Assembly: GCA_963514005.1 (NCBI GenBank)
Contig: OY740792.1
Span: 67,084,001 to 67,148,000 of the forward strand
Direction of reading: 5' to 3'
DNA: 64,000 nucleotides
From: Raja brachyura
Taxonomy: Eukaryota
Of the stretch, positions 1 through 12,505 are shown piece by piece (position 1 is the stretch's first letter; each line of letters starts with the position of its first letter). The position numbers and the translations under genes were made by a program. The notes below the pieces were generated by a model. The model was given only the letters and a program-made list of their open reading frames with translations. It made no database searches and had not been told where the DNA came from.

Positions 1-1002
1 GTTGCTATTACAAAGCTTACCCAAGTCTCCAGGGGTGTCTGCATGAGCTTCTATTTCCGCACCAGTCTCCTCCCATGTAACAATGACTTTAGAGGTACAG
101 TGTGGAAACAGGTGCTTCGGCCCACCAAGTCCGCAGTGATCACCCGTTCAAACTAGCTCCATCCTATGCACTAGAGACAATTTATAGATTTGGAGTGTGG
201 AAGGAAACCAGAGCACCCAGAGAAAGCCCACATGGTCTTTCATTGTACAGACAGACAGCGCCCACAGCCAAGATAGAACACGAGTCTCTGAGGCCATAAG
301 TCAGCAACTTCACCTCTGCGCCATCGTGCCGCCCTAGGTTTTATTGAGAACGGAAGACTTGTCTTCAGTTCGTAAACAGTTTCCTCCCACATCCCAAAGA
401 TTTGCAGGTTTGTAGGTTAATTGACTCCGGTAGATATTGTACAATTGTCCTTGACGTGCAGGATGGTGTTAGTATACAGTGCTGTTTCGTGCAGACTCGC
501 TGGACCGAGCGGCCTCTCTCCGCGCTGTATCTCTAAAGTAAATGGCAAAAGTCCTAACTTGGAACGGCTCTCTGGCCTTGAGGCATCTGTGAGACTATTT
601 GCTCGTACCATGCTCTAGATAGTGTTTAAGAAAGAACTGCAGATGCTGGAAAAATCGAAGGTAGACAAAAATGCTGGAGTAACTCAGTGGGTGAGGCAGC
701 ATCTATGGAGCGAAGGAATAGGTGACTTTTCGGGCCTCGACCCGCATTTATGCTCTAGATAGTGTTGCATTGTGTCAAGTCCTTTATTTAAATATTGGCA
801 TTAATGATTGTCATTGGAGTCCATCATTTGTACAATATCCTTTGGGGGTTTTGCCAGGTTTTCGATTTTGTTTATGATTCTTCTCTGATTAAACAAAATA
901 ACCCTCTTGTTTGATTTATAAAACCATTTGGTGTTTGACTGTTACTTTTAATATGATAAACTATTCAAGGAATATGTTATTTTGTCAAGGCAAACTTAGT
1001 TC

Positions 1003-2047
1003 ATAGATTTAGAAAGATAGAAATTTTTGATGAATGTTTGAATAAACATCCGAATACAGAAAAACTGATACCATATATTTATAGTATTTTATTAGATAGC
1101 GATGCTCCAAAGATGGATTTATATGGGCAATCATGGGAAAATGAATTAGGTCAAACAATTAGTCCAGAAATTTGGGATGAAAGCTTACAACATATACATC
1201 ACTGTCATTAAACACTAGACATTCTTTAATACAATTTAAAGTATTGCATAGACTGCATTATTCAAAAACAAAACTGAATAGTATTTTTCCAAGTGTTTCC
1301 CCTATTTGTGATAAATGTCAACATTTAGAGGCTAACCTATTGCACTCATTCGTAAGTCGTATAAAAATCAATAATTTTTGGATGGAAATTTTTAAGATAA
1401 TCTCAGAAGTTGTCAATACCAAACTGGCTCCTGACTCAAAATTAATAATATTAGGAATAACGGAAACAAATCAATTCATTACTTCGAATCAAAGAATTTT
1501 TATTGATTATAGTTTAATAATTGGGAAAAAATCAATATTAAAATTTTGGAAAGGCTCTATAACCGCCACAAATAAAATGTGGACCACAGAAATGTCGGAG
1601 ACCCTATATTTGGAAAGAATAAGATTTGTCTTAATGGACAAACAAGAACTATTTAAAAAAAAATATGGTCCCCATTTATGTGCAAACTGGTTCGGCACGA
1701 GAACCCGACTGAAACCAGAATCGAAGAATAGATGAAGTAGTACATTTCATAAAACGCGGATATATCTCCAACGATGTAAAATCTGTAGAATATTCCATTC
1801 TTTCCTAACTTTTTATATATATATATATATTTTTTTTGTTTAATCTTTTTCCACTATTTTCTATCTTTATAAAAAATGGAAAGAAAATAATATAGAAGCA
1901 CAATTATTAAGCAAGGATTAACATAAATAATACTGATTATGTATAGCTACAAAGAACAAAATGATTTTTATTATGTCAACAATGAATACGTTTCTTTTTT
2001 TAAAAATTATGTAATTGCTTCTAATTAATAAAAAAACTTAACAAAAA
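1003..2047 (+). mobile_element. 5'-truncated L1-clade LINE (ORF2 C-terminal Cys-rich domain, 3'UTR, poly-A)
   Basis: ORF 1244-1735 LHRLHYS...CDKC...HSF resembles zf-RVT; AATAAA and A-tail; TSD AAACTTAGTTC at 992-1002 and 2048-2058. Confidence 0.85.
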
Positions 2048-2109
2048 AAACTTAGTTCCTGCAAGTTCACAATGCTTTACTATCTCCCAGATGACAGACT
2101 GAGAGAAAA

Positions 2110-2375
2110 CAAGAGCCTGAGCTACAGGGTGCGGTTGGGCTGGCTAGGGCTTTGTTCCATGGAGCGCAGGAGGATGAGGGTTGATCTTAAAGAGGTGGAG
2201 AAGATCATGAGGGGAATAGATAGGGTGAATGCAGAGAGTCTTTTACCCAGTGTAGGGGAATCAAGAATCAGACAGAGGTTTACGGTGAGAGGGGAATGAT
2301 TTAATATGAATCTGAGGGGCAAACTTTTCACTGAGAGTGGTGGGTATATGGAATGAGCCGCCAGAGGAGGTATTC
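2110..2375 (+). mobile_element. CR1 LINE 3' fragment
   Basis: LSYRVRLGWLGLCSMERRRMRVDL...IMRGIDRV, the CR1 ORF2 C-terminus. Confidence 0.8.
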
Positions 2376-4179
2376 GATAAGTTCATAAGAACACACGTAG
2401 GCCATTCGGCCCATCGAGTCTACTCCGTCATTCAATCATGGTTGATCTATCTTTCCCTTGCCCCCATTCTCCTGCCCCCCTTCTCCCCATAATCCTTGAC
2501 ACCCATACTAATCAAGAAACATTGGTAACAGCACTTAAAAGCATTTATTCACGTTATTCCCTTTATCCTGTATCTGTACGGTACCCGGACATGGCGTCAA
2601 AGGACGAGAAGCTGAAGCGAAGAAGTGGAAGGTAAATAACCGAATGGAAGCGACGTCGATAAGCCAACTAACCGAAAGGGCGCAATGTCCAGAACCCAAC
2701 TCACCGAATGGACGCAACACCGGCAAGCCAAATAATGGACATGACGCGGGGGGGGGGGGGGGAGCGACTTGTCGTCGTCCATCACATCACTGACCGGGGG
2801 AGACGGGAGGGTGGGGGTCATTTTCCCACACAAGACCGCCCGGGGTTGGAGGGTGACTGGGTGCTCTGAACCCGAGCACCAAGGTGTTAGCGGCCAAAGG
2901 AGCGCATCCCTCGGGACAGCCCCCACTCTGCCCCCCCCCCCCGCAGGGTCAGCGCTGTCCGGCCACGGCCGCCCTCCATCTCATGTCCCCCCGCATGTGA
3001 CGGGCTGTGGGTCGGCAGCGCACACACACACGGGGCCGGGTGGACCAGAGATGGGGACAGTCTGGTCCCTCCGCCCACCCAGAGTCACTGACCGCGATGC
3101 ACCGCCACCGGACCCTGACCCCCACACCAGGGTGATTCAACCCCCCGACCCCGACCCCGACCTACACACAGGGTGATTCACCCCCCCGACACCCACACGG
3201 GGTGATTCACCCCCCCGACACCCACACTGGGTGATTCACCCCCCCGACACCCACACTGGGTGATTCACCCCCCCGACACCCACACGGGGTGATTCACCCC
3301 TCCCCCCCCCCCCCTCGGCCATGGGGACAGGCGGTCCGGCGTGCTGGCAGCCATAGTAAATCGCTTTTTAAAACATGGGGTGGGGGGGGGGGGGGACACA
3401 AATTCCCTGGCGGGCTGATGTCAAGTGTGAATGACAACAAACAATTTTATCTCCTCCCACTCCTTAGTCCCCTTGACAACAAGAAGCACATTTTATTTAT
3501 TGTTTAAACACAGTAATATCATCAGGTTGCCTGCATAACGCACACAACAAGCTCCCATGCACAAAACACCAGATTATTTGTTTCCGTTTATTTGCCTGTC
3601 ATTTGTTTTTTTGAACTTTGTGCATTTAACAGTGCCATTTTAGTAGCGGTGTCGAGTACATCGTACTTTTTTCCCACCGCAGACGATACATTACTCTCAA
3701 ATCACACACCTTACCTCTATTACCCCTCTACATAAAAACAAAGTGTCAATGCCTCTTCCAAGTCTACTAATCCACCCATAGCTTCAGTTGCAGGTACTAG
3801 CTGAAGGGATTTGGCGCGAGGAACAATGACCACATTAGAAGATCATCTGAGCATCTTGAAATGAATCCCATGAGCACGAGTGAAAGATAGCCGAGCGATG
3901 CGGTATCGATCTGCCCACATCGCACAGAGTGGAAAAGAATGAAATGGAAATTGCAAATTATTCAACTGCAATGTTCCCCCTTCCCTGGCAGCACAAAGGC
4001 AACAATAACATATTTGTCACATATTTGCCTTCAGACCCAGTCTTCACGTCTGAAGAATGGTCTCGACCCGAAACGTCACCCATTCCTTCTCTCCAGAGAT
4101 GCTGCCTGTTCCGCTGAGTTACTCCAGTTTGTATCCATCTTCGGTTAAAACCAGCATCTGTAGTTCCTTCCCACACAAC

Positions 4180-5036
4180 TGTCTCACCAAACTAATTGTC
4201 CAGGTTGGCTTGCTGAATATAGCATAACCATAAAACCATATAACCATATAACAATTACAGCACAGAAACAGGCCTTCTCGGCCCTTCCAGCCCGTGCCGA
4301 CCATTTATTTTCCCCTAGTCCCATCTACCTGCACTCAGACCATACCCCTCCATTCCCTTCCCGTCCATATACCTATCCACTTTACTTTTAAATGTTAAAA
4401 TCGATCCTGCCTCCACCACTTCTGCAGGAAGATCATTCCACACAGCCACCACTCTCTGAGTAAAGAAGCTCCCCCTCATGTTACCCCTAAACCTCTGTCC
4501 CTTAATTCTCATGTCATGCCATCTTGTTTGAATCTTTCCTACCCATAAGACATGGTCAGAAAAGATGAGGAATTGTATTAAATCCTGCTATGGAAATATT
4601 AAGACAGCCAATAATTCTAGAAGCATTAAAATCGATGTATTGGCATTAAACGATTAACTTTAAGATTCAAGCTTGCATGTGCAAAAGAGCTTACTAACAC
4701 GAGAAGCAGAACTGCGGCATCTGCACAACTTGTGGATGTGCTAACTGCAGACGACTGGCTTTTAGCTGAAAGTGAAAACCAACTCCATATTTGCAGGTGG
4801 CCGATGGCATTTGCACCTTACCTTCTGATATGAAGAGATACGTGGAAGAAATGTAATTGGGTAAAAAGAGGGAAGAGGAAAACTTTGTATTAAGAGTATA
4901 TAAGGTGGTATCTGCTGAAGGGTAGCGACTCTTTGCAGGGTTACCTGGTCTGCGGATGGGTGAATTGATATAAGACTCTTGCTCAATAAAAACGTACGTT
5001 TTTGGTAACCCAGTGGCCTGGTCGATTATTGTTGCA
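4180..5036 (+). mobile_element. Solo LTR interrupted by a CR1 3' fragment (4225-4545, minus strand)
   Basis: TG...CA ends; 5-bp TSD ACAAC at 4175-4179 and 5037-5041; TATATAA ~4896; AATAAA 4985. Confidence 0.6.
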
Positions 5037-5148
5037 ACAACCGATGAACAAAGCTTAAATCCTCAGAAAGGGGAGGTTTTATATATATACGGCCTCTTTT
5101 ATGCATGTAGTGGGCATTTGGCTTGTTTTGTGTGTCATTGATTGTGCC

Positions 5149-7454
5149 CAGTGATGGAAATGGGGGGGGGGGGGGGGGTAAGCAGGGGGACGGTGTTCCC
5201 CTACTTTTCAGTTTCCAGTTTATGTCCAATTTCTGCACAAGGAAGTTGTTAAATACAGATTTTTTTTTAAAAACGACCATGGATAATCGTTACAATGAGT
5301 CATCACTGCACCGACCATGAGACTAAAATGATTTGTTAACTACCACTGTTAGCACTTGTTAACAGCCAGTAGTTAACACGCTGTTATACAATGTGTCATC
5401 AATACTTCGATCCACATTCCTCAGTAAAATGTAATTGTGTTTTGACCAAGTACTAATGACGCCAAGTTCCTTTGAATAAAATTCACAGGAGAATTTCTTA
5501 AAACTCATTGTCATTGCTCTGGACCGCGAGCACGGGCTTCTATTGGTGTACAGGTAGTCACGTTATTTTATTATCCTCTCGCTCTCTCCCTCCCTCCCGC
5601 TCTCTCTCTTGCGCACTCTCTCTCTTCCGTTCCCCATCTCGTCTCTCTCACTCCCTCACTCCCTCTCTCTCACCCTCCCGCCCCCGCATTCCTGGATTCA
5701 TTTGGCATTTTGCAGGGATGGCTGCACCTGCGATTCCTTCCTGTTGGGGGGGGGGGGGCGGGGAGCCCTGGCCCATAGCGGCTCCTGGTCCATTCACTCC
5801 GTGGGTGCCGCCTGGCCCGCTGAACTGCAAATGCTGGAACAATTGAAGGCCAAAAATGCTGGAGAAACTCAGCGGGTGAGGCAGCATCTCACCCACAGAG
5901 TTTCTCCAGCATTTTTCTCCACCCACCTAATTTAGTAATGTGTACCCGTCATTTAGGGATGTTATATGAATTTAAAATAAATAGGTTTATGTGAGTTGCT
6001 TTCTCTCTCACCTTCAAGGTTAGTTCTTCTGTTTGCCTTTATTTGCTTCAGTTTTATTTAGTGATCTCGTTGTGGTTGTAGCTTTTGAACGATTTAAACA
6101 TATCGGATTTTTAAAATTCATATAAATTCATAGCATCGCCCGAGCGCCAAATCCCTTCAGCTGTACCTGCAACTGAAACTCCAGGTGGATTAGTAGACCT
6201 TGAAGAGGCATTGACACTGTTTTTATGTAGAGGGGTAATAGAGAAGGGCGCCGGACCACGAGCTCACTGACTGAATGATACAGACATCCTGACTGAAAAT
6301 CACACCCTTGTGATCAATTATTTTATGATAAGCCTTTCAATAGAACATGCTACTTTTTGCTTTGCCCATTCTCAAAATATAGAATTTTGAATTTGGCATT
6401 TGATTGGTACAAGGAGACTACAAAGCTCGTAATATCTATTTTATTTACACACTGTAACTTTCTACATTTCTACAATTATGGCTCATGGAATTTTCTCCCA
6501 CACCACTAGTTATATCCGTAACAAAATATTTAAATACGTGAAATTTTTGATCTTTCCCAACCCCTTAAAAAATGCCTGAAGAAGGGACCCGACCCGAAAC
6601 GTCACCTAGCCATTCACTCCATGGATAGACACAAAATGATGGAGTAACTCAGCGGGTCAGGCAGCATCTCTGGAGAGAAGGAATAGGTGACGTTTTGGGT
6701 CGAGGGCCTTCTTCGGACCCTCCATAGATCCAGCCTGACCTGCTGAGTTCTCCAGCACTTTATGTTTTGCTCTTAAAATAAATCCGTGGTCCACTGAAGA
6801 AACAACACGATAGACCACTCTGGAAGTGCAAGCTTTCCTGAACACTTCATACTGTGGAACACATCATAATACACCCTGAGTGATTTAGTGGGGTTAGATT
6901 TTTTTTTTAATCTGTTGTCTAGAATTAATTGGTACCCACCCTATGTACCTTATACCAGATTTAAATCGGAATTACGATTTTTTGGTTTTCCTATTTGTCA
7001 ACTTTTGGTGCCCGATTATGTGGCGGCCAATCAACCGCTGTCTCTGTGGGGGGTTGCATCCAATCACCAACCAGCTTCTCTTAAAATTCCCGTCCAATCA
7101 ACAAATAGGTCTCCTCCTGTCCAATCAGCCGCTGTCTCCAAGGGCATTGTGTCCAATCACATAATGCGCGGGTCACTTGGCGGCCAATCAGATGCAGTCT
7201 CCGAGGGGCATTGCTACCAATCAGTGACCAGCTTCCCTCACTGAGATACCTATCTTTATTTGACAGAGTTACTGATACAATGTGTATGTAATCATCATAC
7301 CCAGAGCTTATAGGCTCAAAATGGCCCTGAAATTTACCATATTACAAAACATTTCTCACGGGGGGCTTATAGCATCTACCCCCCCATTCCTTCCCAATCT
7401 CGGCCTCATGGGCCTTAACATACCCCTAGTTCCTAAAACGTATTTCCATCACTG
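5149..7454. mobile_element. Non-autonomous hAT DNA transposon
   Basis: Perfect 13-bp TIR CAGTGATGGAAAT; 8-bp TSD ATTGTGCC/AATGTGGC (6/8 match); no transposase ORF seen. Confidence 0.75.
7027..7223 (+). repeat. Array of 7 same-orientation CCAATCA boxes, 27-34 bp apart
   Basis: CCAATCA at 7027, 7060, 7094, 7121, 7153, 7184 and 7217. Confidence 0.85.
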
Positions 7455-10357
7455 AATGTGGCATGCATCTTTAAATTTTAGACTGCCCCTTATATTGTGG
7501 GTGGGATTTATGACGTATTTTAGGGCATGTTTGGAGTTAAGTTTCTTGTACAGAAGCTCAGTTTTTAGTTTGGTTTCAGACCAGCATGAGGAAGGTTTAC
7601 CCTTTGACCATGCGAAGTGTAACGGAGACACAAGGAGTTTTCTTACGTTTAATGCAATAAGCTGGAGTTCGATGAAGATTATAGTGTACGAGTCGGAAGA
7701 AGTTCTTTTTCATCAACAATAAAGAATTTATGAATCAAAAGACTGTGTTTTGAAGATTTATCTGTGAAGAAGCTCTGAAGCTTCTCAACGGAGAGCTTGC
7801 ATGTGTACAAAGACATTCCCCTTAACCATGTAGTCCATTTAGCGGCTAGAGGGAGTAATCTCTTGAACGATATAAAAATCTGCCACTACATGCTGACCAG
7901 GGGGGTGAATACCAGTCCCAGGGAGTGGGACAGAAGATTTGGCTAAGATCTCGGAAGAGCTATTGGCCAGAATACCGGTTCCAGCCGAGCAACCGAAGAC
8001 AATACCGGTTCCAGCCGAGGAACTGAAGACAATAAATCTCGGCCAGAGAAGGCCTTGAGGTCTATCGACAGCAACAAGACTTATCTAAAGACATCATCAC
8101 AGAAATTGTGAGTAAAATCAACTATTATTCTTTTAATTTTGAAGCTGAAAAGCTTTAATTTTAAAAGGCTTCTAAGAAGAGCCAGAAAGTGTTTTTCCAC
8201 TGTCTGGAGATTCCACCCAGTTTGACCTTGGATTGTTTTGAACTCTTGATAACATGCATTCCTTTCGAACTATCGTCAGCGTTAAGCCCATGGATGTTTC
8301 AGAGATGGTGTCTACATTATCGGTTTGTTATTGTTCTGAGGAAATTTTCAAAATAGTCACTCGATGTTTTCACAAAGTTGGAGCAGAATTTAAAAAATAC
8401 TTTGTTCGTTCAATTTAAGGACTTGGTGATCTGCCAAGACCTCTTTAAAATCATGGAGCCAGAAGATGAAGAAAGAGCCATGCCTGAGGAAACCTCGATG
8501 TGGGAACAAGCTAACGAGTCAATTGAAAGCTACAGAAAACTCATGTATCGAGAAGAAACAGATAATACACAACCTGTCTGCTTGAAAGAAACTGAGGAGA
8601 GAAACAAATTATGGAAACGGGTTACCAGATTAATTAAGAAACAGAAAAAATTAATGGGATCAGTACAGAACACGATCGAAGTGAAATCTAATATGAGCCA
8701 ACTATGGAACCTCTGCAAAAAGGTTTGAAAGAAATAGAATGTGCTGCTGTGTTCACAGCCATCTTGGGAAGCACGCAGAAGACATACCCAGTGGTGGAAA
8801 GATAAGGTGAAGATATTCAAAGCTTTCATGGATGAGGCAGAGGAGTGGTTATCTGAAATTATACCACAACTTATGAGCTTAGTAGCTGGAAGTGTGAAGC
8901 ATCAAGGTGCCAGAATGGAAGATGAAATGACACCAAGAGATAATATCTCAAAAATATCTTCACGAGGTTCAAGACATAAATCTGGTTCTACAGCCAGTTC
9001 AGTATCAAGGGCTTCTGCTCGATTGCGAGTTAAAGCTGATCTAGCTGCTCTCTCAATAGAAGCAGATGCCTTGAAGATGAAACATGAGATTGAGTGAGAA
9101 GAAGAAGAGATGAGACGACGGGACGATCAGAGGAAAGAAGAGATAAGACAAGAAGCAGAAAAGATGAGGCGACGAAGAAGAAGAGATGAGGCGACGAAAG
9201 GAACAACTGAAACTAGACACAAAGATGGCTGTGGCCAAATGAAAGTAGGAGACACTGGAATGTAAAGGTTTAAGATGCAGCTCTAGATCATCGAAGATGA
9301 TGAGTTCTGGACCAAGAGAAAAAACTACTCCAATTGAGTCAGCAGTTGGATTAATTCCACAATATCAGGAATGTCCACCGGATTTCATTGCTTTGAAAAC
9401 CCACTGGAACAGAGTAAGATGGGTAAAACGTCATCTCGGCAAATGAGTGCTAGATCAAAACAAACTACTAATGGAGCATCTGTGGATGCTTGAGACAAAC
9501 CAATAGTGAACCACGCATTTCCGAGGCCTGATGCACAGGCTCGAGCAGGCCAGTTTGAGTCACAGAGGCCTGTTTATTAACAGGTGGAGCCAAACCAAGG
9601 TTATCAGGATGGGTTATTGGCATTGTTGAATAGGCAAACTGAATTCAACCAGATCATAGCTCGACCAACTACGTCTCTCACTCTACCACCAGCAGAAATC
9701 CCTACGTATGATGGAGAACCTTTGCAATATGAAGCTTTCATAAGGGCATTAGAAGAAGTATTAGAAATGAAAGTTAAGGATGAAATGGAGTGCTTAGAAT
9801 TTCTGGTGAAGTACACAAGCAGAGATGATCAGGTACTTCTAGAAAGTTGTCAAATTGAACCAGGCAGCCATGGGTATAAAAAGGCGAGAAGATTACTTCA
9901 AGAACATTTTGGTAATGGACAGAGGATTGCTAACTCATACATGTAGAAGGCCCATGCTTCGAAAGAAATCAAGCCAGAAGATGGGAATGCATTGAGTAAT
10001 TATGCAATATTTCTGAGAGGTTGTTGCAGCTCAATGAAAAATCTCGGCCACATGGAGGAAATGAATCTTGCGAGTAATACTCGAGTCATCATTAGCAAGT
10101 TGCCCAGAAGACTGAGAGAAAAGTGGAGAGATAAAGAAGGCAAAATATTGGATGAGAGGAACCAAGTAGCCAGGCTCCCAGACCTGGTGAAATTCTTAGA
10201 AAGGGAAGTACGGTTCATGTTAGAGCCACACTACAGGACCAATGAAGATCATAAACCGCAACATGCAACTAACAAAGGTTCTACCTTTACCAAAACTGAA
10301 GAAAGATCTAAGAGAAGTAGTTTTGCTATCACAACCATACCTGTGGAAATGACAGAT

Positions 10358-10589
10358 GGAATTTGTGGAATTCCCTGCCACAGAGGGCAGTGGAGGCCAG
10401 ATCACTGGATGGATTTAACAGAGAGTTAGATAGATCTCTGGGGGCTGGTGGAATCAAAGGATATGGGGAGGAGGCAGGCACGGGTTATTGATTGGGGACG
10501 ATCAGCCATGATCACAGTGAATGGTGGTGCTGGCTCTAAGGGCTGAATGGCCTCCTCCTGCACCTATTTTCTATGTCTATGTGTCTATG
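10358..10589 (+). mobile_element. CR1 3' end inserted in BEL gag
   Basis: gtggaattccctgccacagagggcagtggaggcc...cctattttctatgtctatg tail. Confidence 0.85.
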
Positions 10590-12160
10590 AAAGGAAATGT
10601 ATCTACTAGCAAGCAAATAATATTTTGTTTATTATGTGATGAAGTTGGTCACACCATAAGATGGCGTCGAAGATTCAAGATGAAAGAATATGAAGAAAAG
10701 ATGGATTTCTTGAAAGAGAAGGGAATCTGTTTTGGATGTTTTGAAAAAAGGACATATGGTGAGAAACTTTAAGAGTCCTATGATTTGTGATAAGTGCGGG
10801 CATTATCATCCTGAAGAACTTCACACTGAAGAAGAGCTACCAGAGCAATGGGAAGAGGAAGAACTGGAACAACTAGATGAAGAGCTATCAGAGCAAATAG
10901 AAGAAGATGAACCGGAGCAAACGGAACAGAAGAAGAAGCCAACTACTAGTGATGCTACCACCTTGCCTCAAGTAACTGCTCATATTGGGGCCGGGGTTGA
11001 AGTTTGTAATTTTTCTATCTTACCAGTACAGGTGAGGAATAGTAAGACGAATACAGGGTTGCAAACATATGTTTTTTTGGATCACGGATATTCGACTTTC
11101 TGTAAAAGCACCAAAAACCTGACGAGTAGGCTGAACATTACAGGATAGACTAAGATTCGATTATGTACCATGACTAAAGATAAAGAGAGCAGGAGTCATT
11201 AGATTACGAGTATGGAGACATCCAGTTTGGATGAAGATAATTTTATACCAATATCTGAAGTGTTTACACATGGAACCATGCTGGTTGATCATCAAAATAT
11301 ACCAAGACATGAAGACTTGAAACAATGGCCTTACCTGAAGGATGTCAAGATATCTGAAATAAATTCTAGTGTTGATCTACTTATCGGAACAAATGTTTTG
11401 AAGCAGTGGAACCTACACAGATTGTGAGGAGCCAAGGTGATGGACCGTATGCTACGAAAACCCGACTTGGATGGGTCTTTGAGAAGGAACAACGAAAACG
11501 AGAATCAGAAGAAATATCCTACCATTGCTGTTAATCAAATATCTACTGATAAGTTAGAAAAGCTGGTGATTAAGCAATGCAATCATGACTTTAATGGAAG
11601 TACCAATAAGGAATCTGAAGAAATGTCGAATGAAGAATTGAGGTTCATGGATATTATGAACTACTCAGTGAAAACTGACAAACACTATTGTGTAGACCTA
11701 CCTTTCAAACAAGAAAGAGTTAATCTGCCGAATAATCGTGGTATGGCAGAGCAACGCACCCAGACTTTGAAACACAAGTTTGGCGAGAATACTACATTTC
11801 ATGAAGTAAGAATCTCTTTGAAGAATAATTTCTACAAGGATCAATACTTAAAATCCATGTCTACTGAGCAGGAAGCAATTCAACCAGTAGAACACCTGAC
11901 TACTCTTTGCAATAAGGGAGGATTCACACTTTCCAAGTGGAACAGCGACAATTGTGAAAGCATTCCACTAGATGATCGAGCCAAAGAAACCAGAGAGTTG
12001 GATTTGGACAGAGATGATCTGCCGATGGAAAGAGCATTGGGAGTTACTAATGTTGTACAACTGAAATATGTTGACACAAAAGAAAATCCTGCGAATTAAG
12101 TTTCCAAAGAACTGACAGTGAACCACTTTTTAAGTGAGAAGAGATGGATCAATGAACTAA

Positions 12161-12505
12161 AATAGTAAGATTAAATGAGAACTTACCAGTTTGACGTTTG
12201 ATCTTTATTTTATGAGGAGTCGAGTTGAGGGACTACGTGAAGAACCCCGCACAGCCATTCGTGTGTCAATCTTCAAAGCAACGGTGTGAAATCACAGCTA
12301 ATTGTAACTGAAGTATAATGGTAAGATAACAAAGACTAGAACTACCAAATGAAATGTATGAGGGCTGGGAGCGGAGGGCACGTAGTCCCTCAACTCGACG
12401 CCTCAGAAAATAAAGATCAAACTTCAAACTGGTAAGTTCTCATTTAATCTTACTATTTTACTTCGGAGTCACGTGAGTGACTACGTGAAGACTTCAAAGC
12501 TCTGA
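12161..12505 (-). mobile_element. Orphan DIRS right-end module (ICR plus right ITR)
   Basis: About 80-bp inverted repeat; reverse-complement homology to 54240-54580. Confidence 0.85.

Noticed and set aside
5042-7454. Transposase inside foldback copy A
   Set aside because: The interior is explained by nested elements; no DDE-like ORF found
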